Shown here piece by piece: positions 35,577 to 46,534 of a DNA stretch of 64,000 bases. The stretch spans positions 85,314,001 through 85,378,000 of the forward strand of contig NC_086108.1 in the NCBI RefSeq assembly GCF_963921235.1. The letters are read 5' to 3'. Below the pieces are notes generated by a model that saw only the letters and a program-made list of their open reading frames with translations, did not search any database and was not told the origin of the DNA. Made by a program: the position numbers and the translations under genes. The DNA is from Mobula hypostoma (Eukaryota). How positions within the stretch are numbered: the stretch's first letter is position 1; every line of letters begins with the position of its first letter.

Positions 35577-38506
35577 TTACAGGTTAAGTCTATCAGGCGG
35601 TCGAGTCCTTCGCTGTGACCTACGTAGCACCGGTGATGGCGGTTGTGCTGGCTCTGGCCTGTCTTCAGGTGCCAGCACGTTAGGCGTCGGTAATCCCTCG
35701 TGCGTGTGCGTCGCGCCCGGTATGGGAGTGTCGTGTGGTGTCTGTATAGGGTTTGGGGTGCACGGTGTCTTGTAGGTACATACATTGGTGGGTACGGGAT
35801 CAATAGTCACCACGGAGTGTTCAGGGTAGGGGCCCGGAGCTCCTGCGGGCGCCAGGTCGCGGATGGAGACCGTGTCCTCCCGCCCATCAGGTAAAACCAC
35901 GTAGGCATACTTGGGTTCGCATGAAGTAAGTGAACCCTCTCGACCATCGGGGAGTATTTATTGCTCCTCGCATGTTTCCGAAGCAGCACTGGCCCTGGGG
36001 ATGTCAGCCAAGTTGGTAGGGTGGTCCCAGTGGTCGACTTTCTGGGAAAAGAAAAGAGCCGCTCATGAGGGGTGGCATTGGTGGCTGTGCATAACAGGGA
36101 GCGGATGGAGTGGAGTGCCTCGGGAAGGACCTCCTGCCAGCGGGAGACCGGCAGTCCCTTTGACCTGAGGACTAAGAGTGTGGCTTTCCACACTGTGCCA
36201 TTCTCCTTCTCCACCTGTCCATTCCCCCGGGGATTATAGCTCGTGGTCCTACTGGTTGCAATTCCCCTAGCCAGTAGCTATTGGCGCAGCTCGTCACTCA
36301 TAAACGAGGACCCTCTGTCACTGTGGATATAGCATGGGTATCCGAACAGAGTGAAGAGCTTGCGCAGGGCTTTTATAACTGACGTGGTAGTGGTGTCGGG
36401 GCAGGGGATGGCGAAGGGGAACCGCGAGAACTCATCAATAACGTTAAGAAAGTACACACTGCGATCGGTGGAGGGAAGGGGGCCCTTAAAGTCAACACTC
36501 AGTTGCTCAAAGGGGCGGGTGGCCTTGATGAGTTGTGCCTTTTCGGGTCGGTAGAAGTGTGGTTTGCACTCTGTGCAGACTTGGCAGTCCCTGGTCATCA
36601 TCCTGATCTCCTCAAGGGAGTAAGGCAGGTTCCGGGCTTTCACGAAGTGGAAAAGCCGGGTGACTCCCGGGTGGCAAAGATCTACATGTAGGGCGTATAG
36701 CCGGTTGATCTGCGCGCTGGCACATGTTCCCCGGGATAGGGCATTGGAGGGCTCGTTGAGCTACCCAGGCCTGTACATGATGTCATAGTTGTAGGTGGAG
36801 AGTCCGATTCTCCACCTCAGAATTTTATCATTTTTGATTTTGCTCCGCTGCTGATTATTAAACATGAACGCGACTGAGCGCTGGTCAGTTAGCAGGGTGA
36901 ACCTTTTGCCGGCAAGATAGTGCCTCCAGTGCCTTATAGCTTCCACTATGGCCTGGGCCTCTTTCTCTACCGCAGAGTGCCGAATTTCAGGGCCTTGAAG
37001 GGTACGGGAGCAGAACGCCACTGGTCTTCCTGCCTGGTTGAGGGTAGCAGCCAGCACAAAGTCAGAGGCGTCACTCTCTACTTGGAAGGGAATGGCCTCA
37101 TCCACCGCATGCATTGCTGCTTTGGCAATGTCCCCTTTTATACGGTTGAAGGCTGTGTGGGCCTCGGCAGAGAGGGGGAATGTGGTGGACTTGACCAGGG
37201 GGCGGGCCTTGTCTGCGTAGTTAGAGACCCATTGGGCGTAATATGAAAAGAAGCCCAGGCACCTTTTGAGGGCTCTCAGGGTATTGGGAAGAGGGAGTTC
37301 CAACGGGGGCGCATACGGTCGGGGTCAGGGCCAATGACTCCATTCTCCATGACACACCCAAGGATAGCAAGTCGGGTGGTCCCAAATACACACTTGTCCT
37401 TGTTATAGGTGAGGTTGAAAGATTTGGCCGCTTGGAGAAATTTTTGGAGGTTGTTGTCATGATCCTGCTGGTCGTGACCGCAGATGGTGATGTTATCCAG
37501 ATATGGGAACGTGGCCTTCAGTTGGCACTGGTCCACCATCTGGTCCATTGCCCTCTGGAAGACAGATATACCATTCGTGACACCAAAGGGGACGCGCAGG
37601 AATTGATAAAACCTGCCGTCAGCCTCGAAGGCAGTGTAAGGGCGGTCCTCCCGGCGGATGGGGAGCTGATGGTAAGTGGATTTTAGGTCTATGGTCGAGT
37701 ACACCTTGTACTGTGCTATCTGATTGACCACATCCGCGATGCGGGGTAGAGGGTACGCGTTGAGCTGCGTGAACCTATTGATGGTCTGGCTATAGTCCAC
37801 GACCATCCTATTCTTCTCCCTGTTCTGAACAACGACCACCTGGGCCCTCCAAGGATTTGTGCTTGCCTCAATGACCCCCTCCCTGAGCAGCCGCTGCACC
37901 TCCGACTTAATGAAGGCTCTGTCCCCCGCACTGTACCTCCTGCTTTTAGTTGCCACAGGTTTACAGTCGGGGGTCAGGTTGGCGAACAGCGGTGGGGGAG
38001 GGATCCTGAGGGTGGAGAGGCCGCAAGTGGTGTCAGTAGTGTGGCGGTTGGCATGACGTTGGGTGGGATGCGCGGGTCGGTTGTGTGTGTGGTCAGTAGC
38101 GGGGTACGTGCCATGTCTCTACAAAACAGGGGATTTATGACAGTAATTGGTGGGAGGGGCCCATCATACTTCATTGTCACGCTTTTCAGGTGGCTCTGGA
38201 AGTCCAACCCCAACAGCACAGGGGCACACAGTTGAGGCAAGACCAGTAACTTAAAGTCCCGATATTCTGTGCCCTGCACCACTAGCGTCGCTACACAACC
38301 CCCCCGGATGTCTGTTGTATGCCACCCGGAGGCCATGGTGACCCTCCGACTTACCGGCCGTATCATGAGTCCACAATGCTGCACCATGTCCGGGTGGATA
38401 AAACTCTCCGTGCTGCCTGTGTCAAACAGGCAGCTTGTCCTGCGCCCCTCCACCAGGATGTCCATCATTGACCTTGCGAGATGGTGGGGAGCGCTTTGGT
38501 CGAGGG
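35577..38506 (-). pseudogene. pol: Gypsy pol (protease, RT, RNase H, integrase), broken by frameshifts and stops
   Basis: PR LFDTGS. RT RMVVDY, IDLKSTYHQ, PFGVTN, YLDN. RH SDAS, EKEA, LTDQRS. IN H..H..C..C, VDFKGP, HSDRG, GQVE; C-terminus LRRSQRRTRPPDRLNL. In-frame stops at 36278 and 36761. Confidence 0.95.
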
Positions 38507-39493
38507 TCACGGAAGCCAGGGTGGGGTCGCTGTCTTGGTCCGGCGCGGTGGGGTGGCCGTGAGCACTCGTTGGTCGTAGGTGGTGGGAGGTGGCGCCGAC
38601 CAAGATGGCCGCCCCCATGTCTTGCACGTGGTGGCGGCGTGCGGGGAAGATGGCGGCAGGGAAGATGGCGGCCCCCATGTCTCGCACGTGGTGGCAGCGT
38701 GCAGGGAAGATGGCGACCCCCATGTCTCGCATGCGGCGCTGCTCGATCCCGCTCGCGGTTTTGACTTACAGACCTTGGCGAAGTGGCCCTTCTTTCCGCA
38801 GCTGGAACAGGTAGCTTGTCGGACCGCGCAGCGTTTCCGGGGGTGCTTCTCCAGTCTGCAGAAGTAGCACTTCGCGGACTCACGACTGGCTGCAGCCGAG
38901 GTCGATTCGCTGGCGGGTTGCAGGGTCTGCGGCGCCCACGAGGCCATCGGGGGATTGCGTGCCTGGAGAGCCTTGGAGTTATGCAGAGCGGCCTCCAACG
39001 TATCAGCCAGCTCAATTTTTGAACTTAGGGTAAGATTGGCTTTTTCCAGCAGCCACTGGTGCACGTACACTGACCTGGTCCCCGTAACGAAGGCGTCTCT
39101 CACTAGGAGTTCTGCATGCTGCGCCGCCGTCAGCTCCTGGCAATTGCAGCCTCGCACGAGCGTCCGTAGGGCCTGGACAAACTCAGCACTCGATTCCCCA
39201 GACCGTTGTTGCTGTGTCGCTAAGCGATGCCGAGCATAGACGCTGTTTATCGGCCGCAGGTATTGTCTTTTGAGTGCGTTCATCGTGCCGTCATAGTTCG
39301 GCTGGTCTCTGATCAGCGAATAAACCCGTGGACTGACCCTGGAGAGTAGAACTCTGCGTTTCGCTACGGGGTCGGTCGCTTTAATCTCCTCTAGATACGC
39401 TTCGAAGCAGGCCAGCCAGAGTTCGAAAGCGTTTCCAGCGTCAGGCATTTGCGGATCGAGGTCTAATTTGTCTGGTCTCAGGGCCTGTTCCAT
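38507..39493 (-). CDS. gag: Gypsy Gag, 328 aa, two CCHC zinc knuckles
   Basis: ATG starts 26 nt after the 5' LTR end; CYFCRLEKHPRKRC and CSSCGKKGHFAKVC; overlaps the protease frame. Confidence 0.9.
   Translation of the reverse strand: MEQALRPDKLDLDPQMPDAGNAFELWLACFEAYLEEIKATDPVAKRRVLLSRVSPRVYSLIRDQPNYDGTMNALKRQYLRPINSVYARHRLATQQQRSGESSAEFVQALRTLVRGCNCQELTAAQHAELLVRDAFVTGTRSVYVHQWLLEKANLTLSSKIELADTLEAALHNSKALQARNPPMASWAPQTLQPASESTSAAASRESAKCYFCRLEKHPRKRCAVRQATCSSCGKKGHFAKVCKSKPRAGSSSAACETWGSPSSLHAATTCETWGPPSSLPPSSPHAATTCKTWGRPSWSAPPPTTYDQRVLTATPPRRTKTATPPWLP
38602..38738. repeat. 45/15/45-bp tandem repeat at the gag-protease junction
   Basis: Unit aagatggcggcccccatgtctcgcacgtggtggcagcgtgcaggg; units start at 38602, 38647 (15 bp), 38662 and 38707 (partial). 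Confidence 0.9.
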
Positions 39494-39502
39494 GTTTTAA
39501 AA

Positions 39503-39519
39503 TGTACAGCGAATAAAAT
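39503..39519 (-). promoter_or_regulatory. Non-tRNA primer-binding-site position, complementary to the element's own LTR
   Basis: Minus strand reads attttattcgctgtaca right after the LTR end, with no TGG. It pairs with the LTR segments at 39574-39586 (13 nt) and 35341-35356 (16 nt). Confidence 0.75.
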
Positions 39520-39748
39520 TGAAGCACCTTCAATTACTCCAAAAGACTGAGGTTTGGTAAAATACTGAAAGGCTTTTATTCGCTGTGAAATACGACCTCC
39601 ACAGTGAGTGTCTGCCCCTGGACTGTGGGGGAGGGGCAAGGTGAACACCTTTATACAGGGCTCTGTGGGAGGAGCCACAGGGGCAGTCAGCAGAGGTGTG
39701 TGTCCAGACAGGTAACCGAGTTACAACATATATACATGGTTTACCACA
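39520..39748 (-). repeat. 5' LTR (229 bp)
   Basis: By manual count, 13 substitutions and one 8-bp indel relative to the 3' LTR. Confidence 0.97.
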
Positions 39749-40580
39749 GAGGGGAAGCTTGCTACATGGGCAACAGCTTGCTCTCCATATTGTACTGCTT
39801 GTATATCTAGACAGCTAGGATGCAATGTCCATGGTCGACTCTGACTGATGGAGGCCTCATACTCAGACAGTAAATAATGAGGTAGCTCTCATGGATTTAT
39901 GGGCTGTTAAGAAGTTTGATGACAATGGAGAAGCAATTCCTAAATTGTTGTTTCAAATATTCACATTTTCAAGATTCAAGTGGCATGCAAAAGTTTGGGC
40001 ACCCTGGTCAAAATTTCTATTACTGTGAGTAGCTAAGCGAGTAAAAGATGAACTGATTTCCAAAAGGCATAAAGTTAAAGATGACACATTTCTTTAATAT
40101 TTTAAGCAAGAAAACTTTTTTATTTCCATCTTTTACAATTTCAAAATAACAAAAAAGGAAAAGGGCCCGAAGCAAAAGTTTGGGCACCCAGCATGGCAGT
40201 ACTTAGTAACACCCCCTTTGGCAAGTATCACAGCTTGTAAATGCTTTTTGTAGCCAGCTAAGAGTCTTTCAATTTTGTTTGGGGGATTTTCGCCCATTCC
40301 TCCTTACAAAAGGCTTCTAGTTATGTGAGATTCTTGGGCCGTCTTGCATGCACTGCGCTTTTGAGGTCTATCCACAGATTCCCGATGATATTTAGGTCAG
40401 GGGACTATGAGGGCCATGGCAAAATCTTCAGCTTGCGCCTCTTGAGGTAGTCCATTGTGGATTTTGAGGTGTGTTTAGGTTCATTATCCTGTTGTAGAAG
40501 CCATCCTCTTTTCATCTTTGGCTTTGTTACAGATGGTGTGATTTTTGCTTCCAGAATCTGCAGGTATTTAATTGAATTCA

Positions 40581-41028
40581 ACATCTCATATACCATCTGG
40601 GTAGTCTCCAGCCCCTGGGCATGAACATTGAATTCTCCAGCTTCCGGTAATTCCCTCCCCCTCCCTTCTCCTATCCCAGTTTCACTCTGCCCCCTCCCCT
40701 AGCTGCCTGTTACCTCCCTCATGGTTCCACCTCCTTCCACTCCCCATTGTGCTTTCCCCAATACCTTTTTCACCTTTCCTGCCTATCCCCTCCCCACCCC
40801 TTTATCTTTCCCCTTACTGGTTTTTCACCTGGAACCTACCAGCCTTCTCCTTCCCACCCTCCCCCCACCTTCTTTATAGGGCCTCTGCCCCTTCCCTCTT
40901 CAGTCCTGACGAAGGGTTCCGGCCCGAAACGTTGACTGATCGTTTCCATGGATGCTGCCCGACCTGCTGAGTTTCTCCAGCGTGTTGTGAGTGTTGCTTT
41001 GACCCCAGCATTTGCAGAGTGTTTTGTT
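40581..41028 (+). mobile_element. Penelope pLTR inserted in the Tc1 transposase
   Basis: Exact 14-bp TSD tttaattgaattca (40567-40580, 41029-41042); the Tc1 frame rejoins as EGRMNSIKYLQ. Confidence 0.93.
40901..40938 (+). ncRNA. Minimal type I hammerhead ribozyme
   Basis: cagtc-CTGACGA-a-ggg(ttccgg)ccc-GAAA-c-GTT-gactg, with a 5-bp stem I. Confidence 0.8.
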
Positions 41029-41816
41029 TTTAATTGAATTCATTCTTCCCTCTACCAGTAAATGTTCCCTGTGCCATTGGCTGCAACACAAGCCCAAAGC
41101 ATGATCGATCCACCCCCGTGCTTAACAGTTGGAGAGGGGTTCTTTTCATGAAATTCTGCACCCTTTTTTCTCCAAACATGCCTTTGCTCACTGTGGCCAA
41201 AAAGTTCTATTTTAACTTCATCAGTCCACAGGACTTGTTTCCAAAATGCATCAGGCTTGTTTTGATGTTCCTTTGAACCTTTTGAATAGAACTTTTTGGC
41301 ACCACATCTTAAAGATGTTCTCAATGGTGGGAAAGGTTGTACCCACGAAGGACTGGATGAGTCTATGACCCTCTTGCAATTAAGTACATTGGAGCCACCA
41401 TACCAGGCTGTGATGCAACCGGTCAGAAAGCTCTCCACTGTACATCTATAAAAATCTTTAAGTATCTTTGATTATATTCTAAATTTCTTCAAACTCCGAA
41501 CGAAACTGATGTGCCTTGTTCATGATTGCATTGTGGAGTGTGGCATTATTGAAGTTGATCATGACTTCCTTTGTCAATAAGGTTCAACCAAAATAATTGT
41601 CATTGAAATATGGTGGACTTACTCTGTATCTTAAAAGTCCTCCAATGTACTAAAGTAAAGTTTGCATCTGATTGAAAGAAAGTTGCTCTGTTTCGAGGCA
41701 TCAACAGCTTCAGTTAGCCCTATCTAATTAGTCCACTCCTAACTTGAGTGGCTGCCTATGCCGCTGATCATTTGCCAGTATCAACGAACTTGATGACAGT
41801 TTTGAAAGTATTGAGC

Positions 41817-42925
41817 CATGGAGCACTAAAGCACAGAGACAGTCCCTTCGACTCAACTAACCCATGTTAAAATATTACTCTGCCCGGTCCCATCGACCTG
41901 CACCTGGACCACAGTCCTCCACACCCCTCCTGTCCATCTACCTATCTCAATTTCTCTTAAATGTTGAACCTGAACCTGCATCCACCACTTCTGCTAGCAG
42001 CTCGTTCCATACTCTCACCACCCTCTGAATGAAGTTCCCACTTAAACATTTCACCTTTCACCCTTAACTCACAACCTGTAGTTCTAGTTTCACCCAACCT
42101 CAGTGAAAAAGCCTGCTTTCATTTATCCCATCTATACCCCTCATAATTGTGTATACCTCTATCAAACTTTCCTTCATTCTCCTTATGCTCCAGGGAATGA
42201 AATCCTAACCTATTCAACTTTTCCCTATAACTCAGGTCCTTGAGTCCCTGTAAATTTTCTCTGTACTCTCTCAATTTTATTGACAGCTTTCCTGTAGGTA
42301 TTGGGGTATTGGATATTGATCCCCCACAATATTCAGTGTGGGAATTTAAACTGGGGGTGGCAGTGCCTTTTATTTACGAGGTCGAGCTGCGAGCTCGACA
42401 TCAACCTGGCACGGATGGCGAGCACGCTCGGGAGCGATCTGTCACTGGATCGAACTCGGGATCCTCTGTTCTCAAGCCCGGCGCTGATCTCAGTGCATCA
42501 CCACGAAGACCTAAAACTGTACACAATACTCCAAATTAGGCCTCACCAATGTTCTATACTACTTCAACATAGCATCCGAACTCCTGTATTCAATACTTTT
42601 AATTATGGCCAATGCGCCAAAAAGCTCTCTTTATGACTCTATCTACCAGTGACACCACTTTCAAGGACTTATGGATTTGTATTCCCAGACCCCTCTACTC
42701 AACTGTACTCCTCAGTGCTCCACTGCTCACTGTGTACGTCCTATTCTGGTTTGTCCTCCCGAAGTGCAACGCTTCGCACTTGTCTGTGTTAAGTTCCATC
42801 TGTTGTTTTCCCAGATGGTCCACATCCTGCTGCAAGTTTTGATAAGATTCCTCGTTGTCCACTATGCTCCTAATGCTGGTGTCATCCACAAATCTGCTGA
42901 TCTAGTTTACCACATTATCATTCAA
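41817..42925 (-). mobile_element. CR1 3' fragment interrupted by a tRNA SINE
   Basis: DDT..VDNEESYQNLQQDVD..NTDKCEALHFGRTN (ORF 42695-42889) and a CR1 tail. Confidence 0.85.
42301..42510 (-). mobile_element. tRNA-derived SINE (young, CpG-rich)
   Basis: Minus strand shows an A-box-like ggtgatgcactgag, a B-box gagttcgatcc, and a perfect hairpin gtcgagct-cgc-agctcgac. Confidence 0.75.
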
Positions 42926-44681
42926 CCTGTAATGCTGAAAATCTGAAAGAGAGACAGAAATTGATGGAAATGTTCAGCAGGGCAGGCAAAGTTCTTACAT
43001 TATTCACTTTATTTTTCTCAAGATGTTGCCTGAATTTCCGAGTGTTTTCAGGACTTTTGATTACTGTGTTGCTGCTTGAGATTTGCTGAACATGCCAGGT
43101 ATTTCTGGAAACTCAGTAAATCTTTGCACCTCGTTAGTTCACTGTACTGAACTGATTTAAAAAGCTCCACTGATTTCAGGGAAAGATGGCTCTCCAAGCA
43201 GTTTCAATCATTTATTCACACTCAGTTGAAGCGTGATTAGTTTCATGATGAGATCCTTAAAGTTAGTACTGAGTTGAATGCAATGGTTAACAATTATGAG
43301 ATACAGTAGGAAGGTGAAGACTAAGAATTCTGCAAGGACTGATTTAAAAATAAAGTGGCATTTTAATCTTTACCAACGCACATAGAACAATATTCTGATA
43401 GGCAGGTAAGATCTTCGATGTAGATGTCTTCCTGATTTCCTTGAAAAAATACGTACTGTTTTATTGCTGAAAACCTCGCAAGCTATTTACCAGCTCATCC
43501 ACAAAACAGGTAGATTGTGCCTGTCAAAGGTGGTGGTGGCTGTGATTCCAAATTAAATTTGCTATTTTGTTTTCTGCCTCAGAGGGAATCATTTAACAAT
43601 CATTGCAGAAATATGTCGCACAGAGCAGTGGGAAAATATGAAAGAAATGTGATTGCTGAATGGATACAGGAGTGACCAGCTTGTACTTCCATAGCAGATT
43701 TATAAGTCACAGGCTGTAATGATGAAAGGAACGCTGTGTGAATGAGCCCAATATTGTACATGGGCTCCATTATTGAAGCTGACCATCAGTGAACAACTTT
43801 AAGAAGCATGTTGCCTATGTGTACTCTATTGACCAGAAGCTAATTTCAGCAATAATGTAAACTAATTGCAACACATGGAGTGATAACAGATGAGAAGACT
43901 GAAGTTATTTACGGAACAATGTTGATTAATGCATATTTATTTACCACTTAATGCAGGGCACTGAATTGCTGGACAAATGTTGTGAACATAGAATCATATA
44001 ATTTAAAAACATGGAAACAGGTCCTTTGGTAAAATTCATCCGCACTGCCTAATTTATCTACTCAAACCTATCCCACTTGCTATTGTTTGGCCTATATCTC
44101 CTAAACCTTTCCCATCATTGTACTTGGTCTAAACATCTTCTGAGCATAAATGTACCAGCCTCTCCAGCCTCCTTTGGTGGCTCATTTCGTATACCCTCCA
44201 CTTTTTTGTGTGAAATTTTTGCCCCTTTTATCCGTTTTAGATCTTTCCCTAGAATATTGAACAGAGCACAGCATAGGAACAGGTCTTTCAGCTCACAACG
44301 AGCTTAGAAAAATAGAGGGCTATGGGTAAGCATAGTAATTTCTAAGGTAGGGACATGTTTGGCACAACTTTTTGGGTCGAAGGGCCTGTAGTGTGCTGTA
44401 GGTTTTCTACATTTCTATGTTTCTAATGTCTGCAGAACATGATACTGAATTAAATTAAATCTCTTCTTTCTTTACCGGACCCACATTCCTCCAACCCCTA
44501 CGTATTCATGTCTCTAACAGCCCCTTAAGCACTTGCCATATCTATGTCAACCACTCTATCTGGCAGCTTGTTCCAAACACATACTTACTCCGCACATCTT
44601 CTTTAAGTTTTTCCTCTCTCTCCTTGATTGCATGCCCTCTAGTATTAGAGATTGCAATGCTAGGAAAATTATACCACCTTT

Positions 44682-44885
44682 GGGGGCATAGTGGTTAGTG
44701 TAATGGTATTACAGCACAATGGACCTGGGTTCAATTCTGCCACCGTCAGTAACCGTGTGTGATACTTCTGGGAGCTCTGAGTTTCTTCCCACAGTGTGAA
44801 GATATACAGGTGAGTACATTAATTGGTCATATTGGTGTATTTGGCTGGCATGGGCTCATTGGGCCAGAAGGAGCTGTTACCATGT
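44682..44885 (+). mobile_element. V-SINE-like tRNA SINE nested among minus-strand CR1 fragments (43985-45130)
   Basis: tagtggttag A-box, ctgggttcaattc B-box, gtttcttcccaca V-domain remnant, tgggccagaagg tail. Confidence 0.65.
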
Positions 44886-46534
44886 CTAAGTATTTATGCC
44901 TTTCATAATTTAATAAATGTCTGTCAGGTCTCCCTTCAGACAGATACTCCACAGAAAACAGCCCTCGTCTGTCTAAACTCTCCTTGTAACTCTAATCCAG
45001 GCAAGATCTTGGTGAACCTTTTCTGCACCCTTTTCAAAAATTTCCACATTCTTCCTTTAATGGGGCAACCAGAATTTCACACCATACTCCAAGTACAGCT
45101 TAAACAGAGTTTCCTGTGGCTGCAACATTAAATCTAGCCTTACTAAAGTTTATATAGTTGAATCTGTGCAAGGTAATCCTGAATAGATCAGTCAGAAAAT
45201 CAGTCAATGTTTTCATGGCAGTATTGATAGTTAAGAACTCAATGCACAAGCTCTTTGCAATCTCTTACATGTGACACGTGCAGAAAGCAAGTGGGAACTT
45301 CCAAGCATCTGAATTCAAAAGGATCGTCAATTACTTACTGGTGAATGGCTCATTGATTTCTTCTGGCATTTGCTTTGGTTCTGAATATGTTTGATGTTTT
45401 CTGTTATTTTAAGTTGCACGTGTTTTCAGGGAATTGTACAGCAGGTGCCTTTTGATGTCTTCCAGGTTGGGATTAATGAGCAATGTGCTTGAAATACTTT
45501 GTGGCTAATAGAATGAGTATAAGGGTAAAGTGTCAGGTCAGTAAAAGTCCGTATTCATTCAGGATATCCAGTCCTCTATCACAAAACTTATGAGGAAGCT
45601 TTCCCTGTAGCAACTTGGCACCTGTGTTATGCTCGCCTGCTTCCTTCGTCACAGGCCACCCTATCCTCACAATCAGGTATAGTACAAGTATCTGAACTGG
45701 AGGCTCAGTCCAGAACTGAGTGATCGTATCTCAGGTTGCAGATGACACAAAGGTTGCCGGAGCTGTGGATAGTGTGGAGTGTTGTTGTACATTGCAACGG
45801 GACTTTGACAAGATGCAGAAATGGGCTGAGAAATGGCAGGTGGAGTTCAACTAGAAAAATGTGAAGTGATTCATTTTGGAAAGTTTAATATGAAGGCAGA
45901 ATACAGTGTTAATGGCAGGATTCTAGGCTGTGTGGAGGAACAGAAGGACTTTGGGGTCCACGTTGCCACGCAAGTTGATTGGGTTGTTAAGAATGTCTAT
46001 GGTGTGTTGACCTTCATTAGTCAAGGTATTAAGTTCAAGAGCCACAAGGTAACACTGCATCTCTATAAAACCCTGGTTATACCGCCCTTGGAATATTGTG
46101 TTCAGTTCTGATTACCTTATTATAGGAAGGATAGAAAAGCTTTAGAGAGGGCGCAGAGGAGATTTACCAAAATGCTGGCTGGGCTAGAGGGAATGTGTTA
46201 TGAGGACTGGTAGAGTAAGCAAGGACTTTTCTCTTTGGAGCGAAGGACAATGAGAGATGACTTGACAGAGGTGTACAGGATAATAAGAGGCATAGACAGT
46301 AGAGTGGACAGCCAGAGACTTTTACCCAGGGCGGAAATAACTAATGCAAATGCGCATAACTTTAAGGTGATTGGAGGCAAGTATCGGGGGGATGTCTTTA
46401 CACAGAGAGTGGTGGGGAATGAAACACCCTGCCTGGCCTGGTTGTAGGGGCAGTAACATACGGGGCATTTAAGACACTCTTAGATGGGCACATGGATGTT
46501 AGAAAAATGGGGCACTATGTAGAAGGGAAGGGTT

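Larger units (their letters stand above)
35287..39748 (-). mobile_element. Full-length Ty3/Gypsy LTR retrotransposon (Mag-like, no chromodomain), decayed
   Basis: Two TG..CA LTRs, 5-bp TSD gaggg (35282-35286, 39749-39753), PPT, domain order gag-PR-RT-RH-IN. Confidence 0.97.
34818..39868 (+). mobile_element. Non-autonomous RTE-5'UTR-like element (about 580 bp), split by the Gypsy insertion
   Basis: ctcatctaggagaagaaaaactc motif typical of RTE 5' UTRs. Sequence reads through the Gypsy TSD (catggagaggg|gaagcttgc). Possible TSD agtaaata (34810-34817, 39869-39876). Confidence 0.55.
39977..41278 (-). mobile_element. Tc1-family DNA transposon, one end only, with catalytic-domain remnant
   Basis: TIR ..agtggcatgcaaaagtttgggcaccc with an inner direct repeat at about 40172. 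Motifs VLWTDE, TVKHGGGSIMLWAC, QQDNEPKH, WPS*SPDLNII.NLW. Confidence 0.92.

Noticed and set aside
38602..38738. CRISPR-like or other spaced repeat array
   Set aside because: Units are contiguous without unique spacers, lie inside gag, and the context is eukaryotic.
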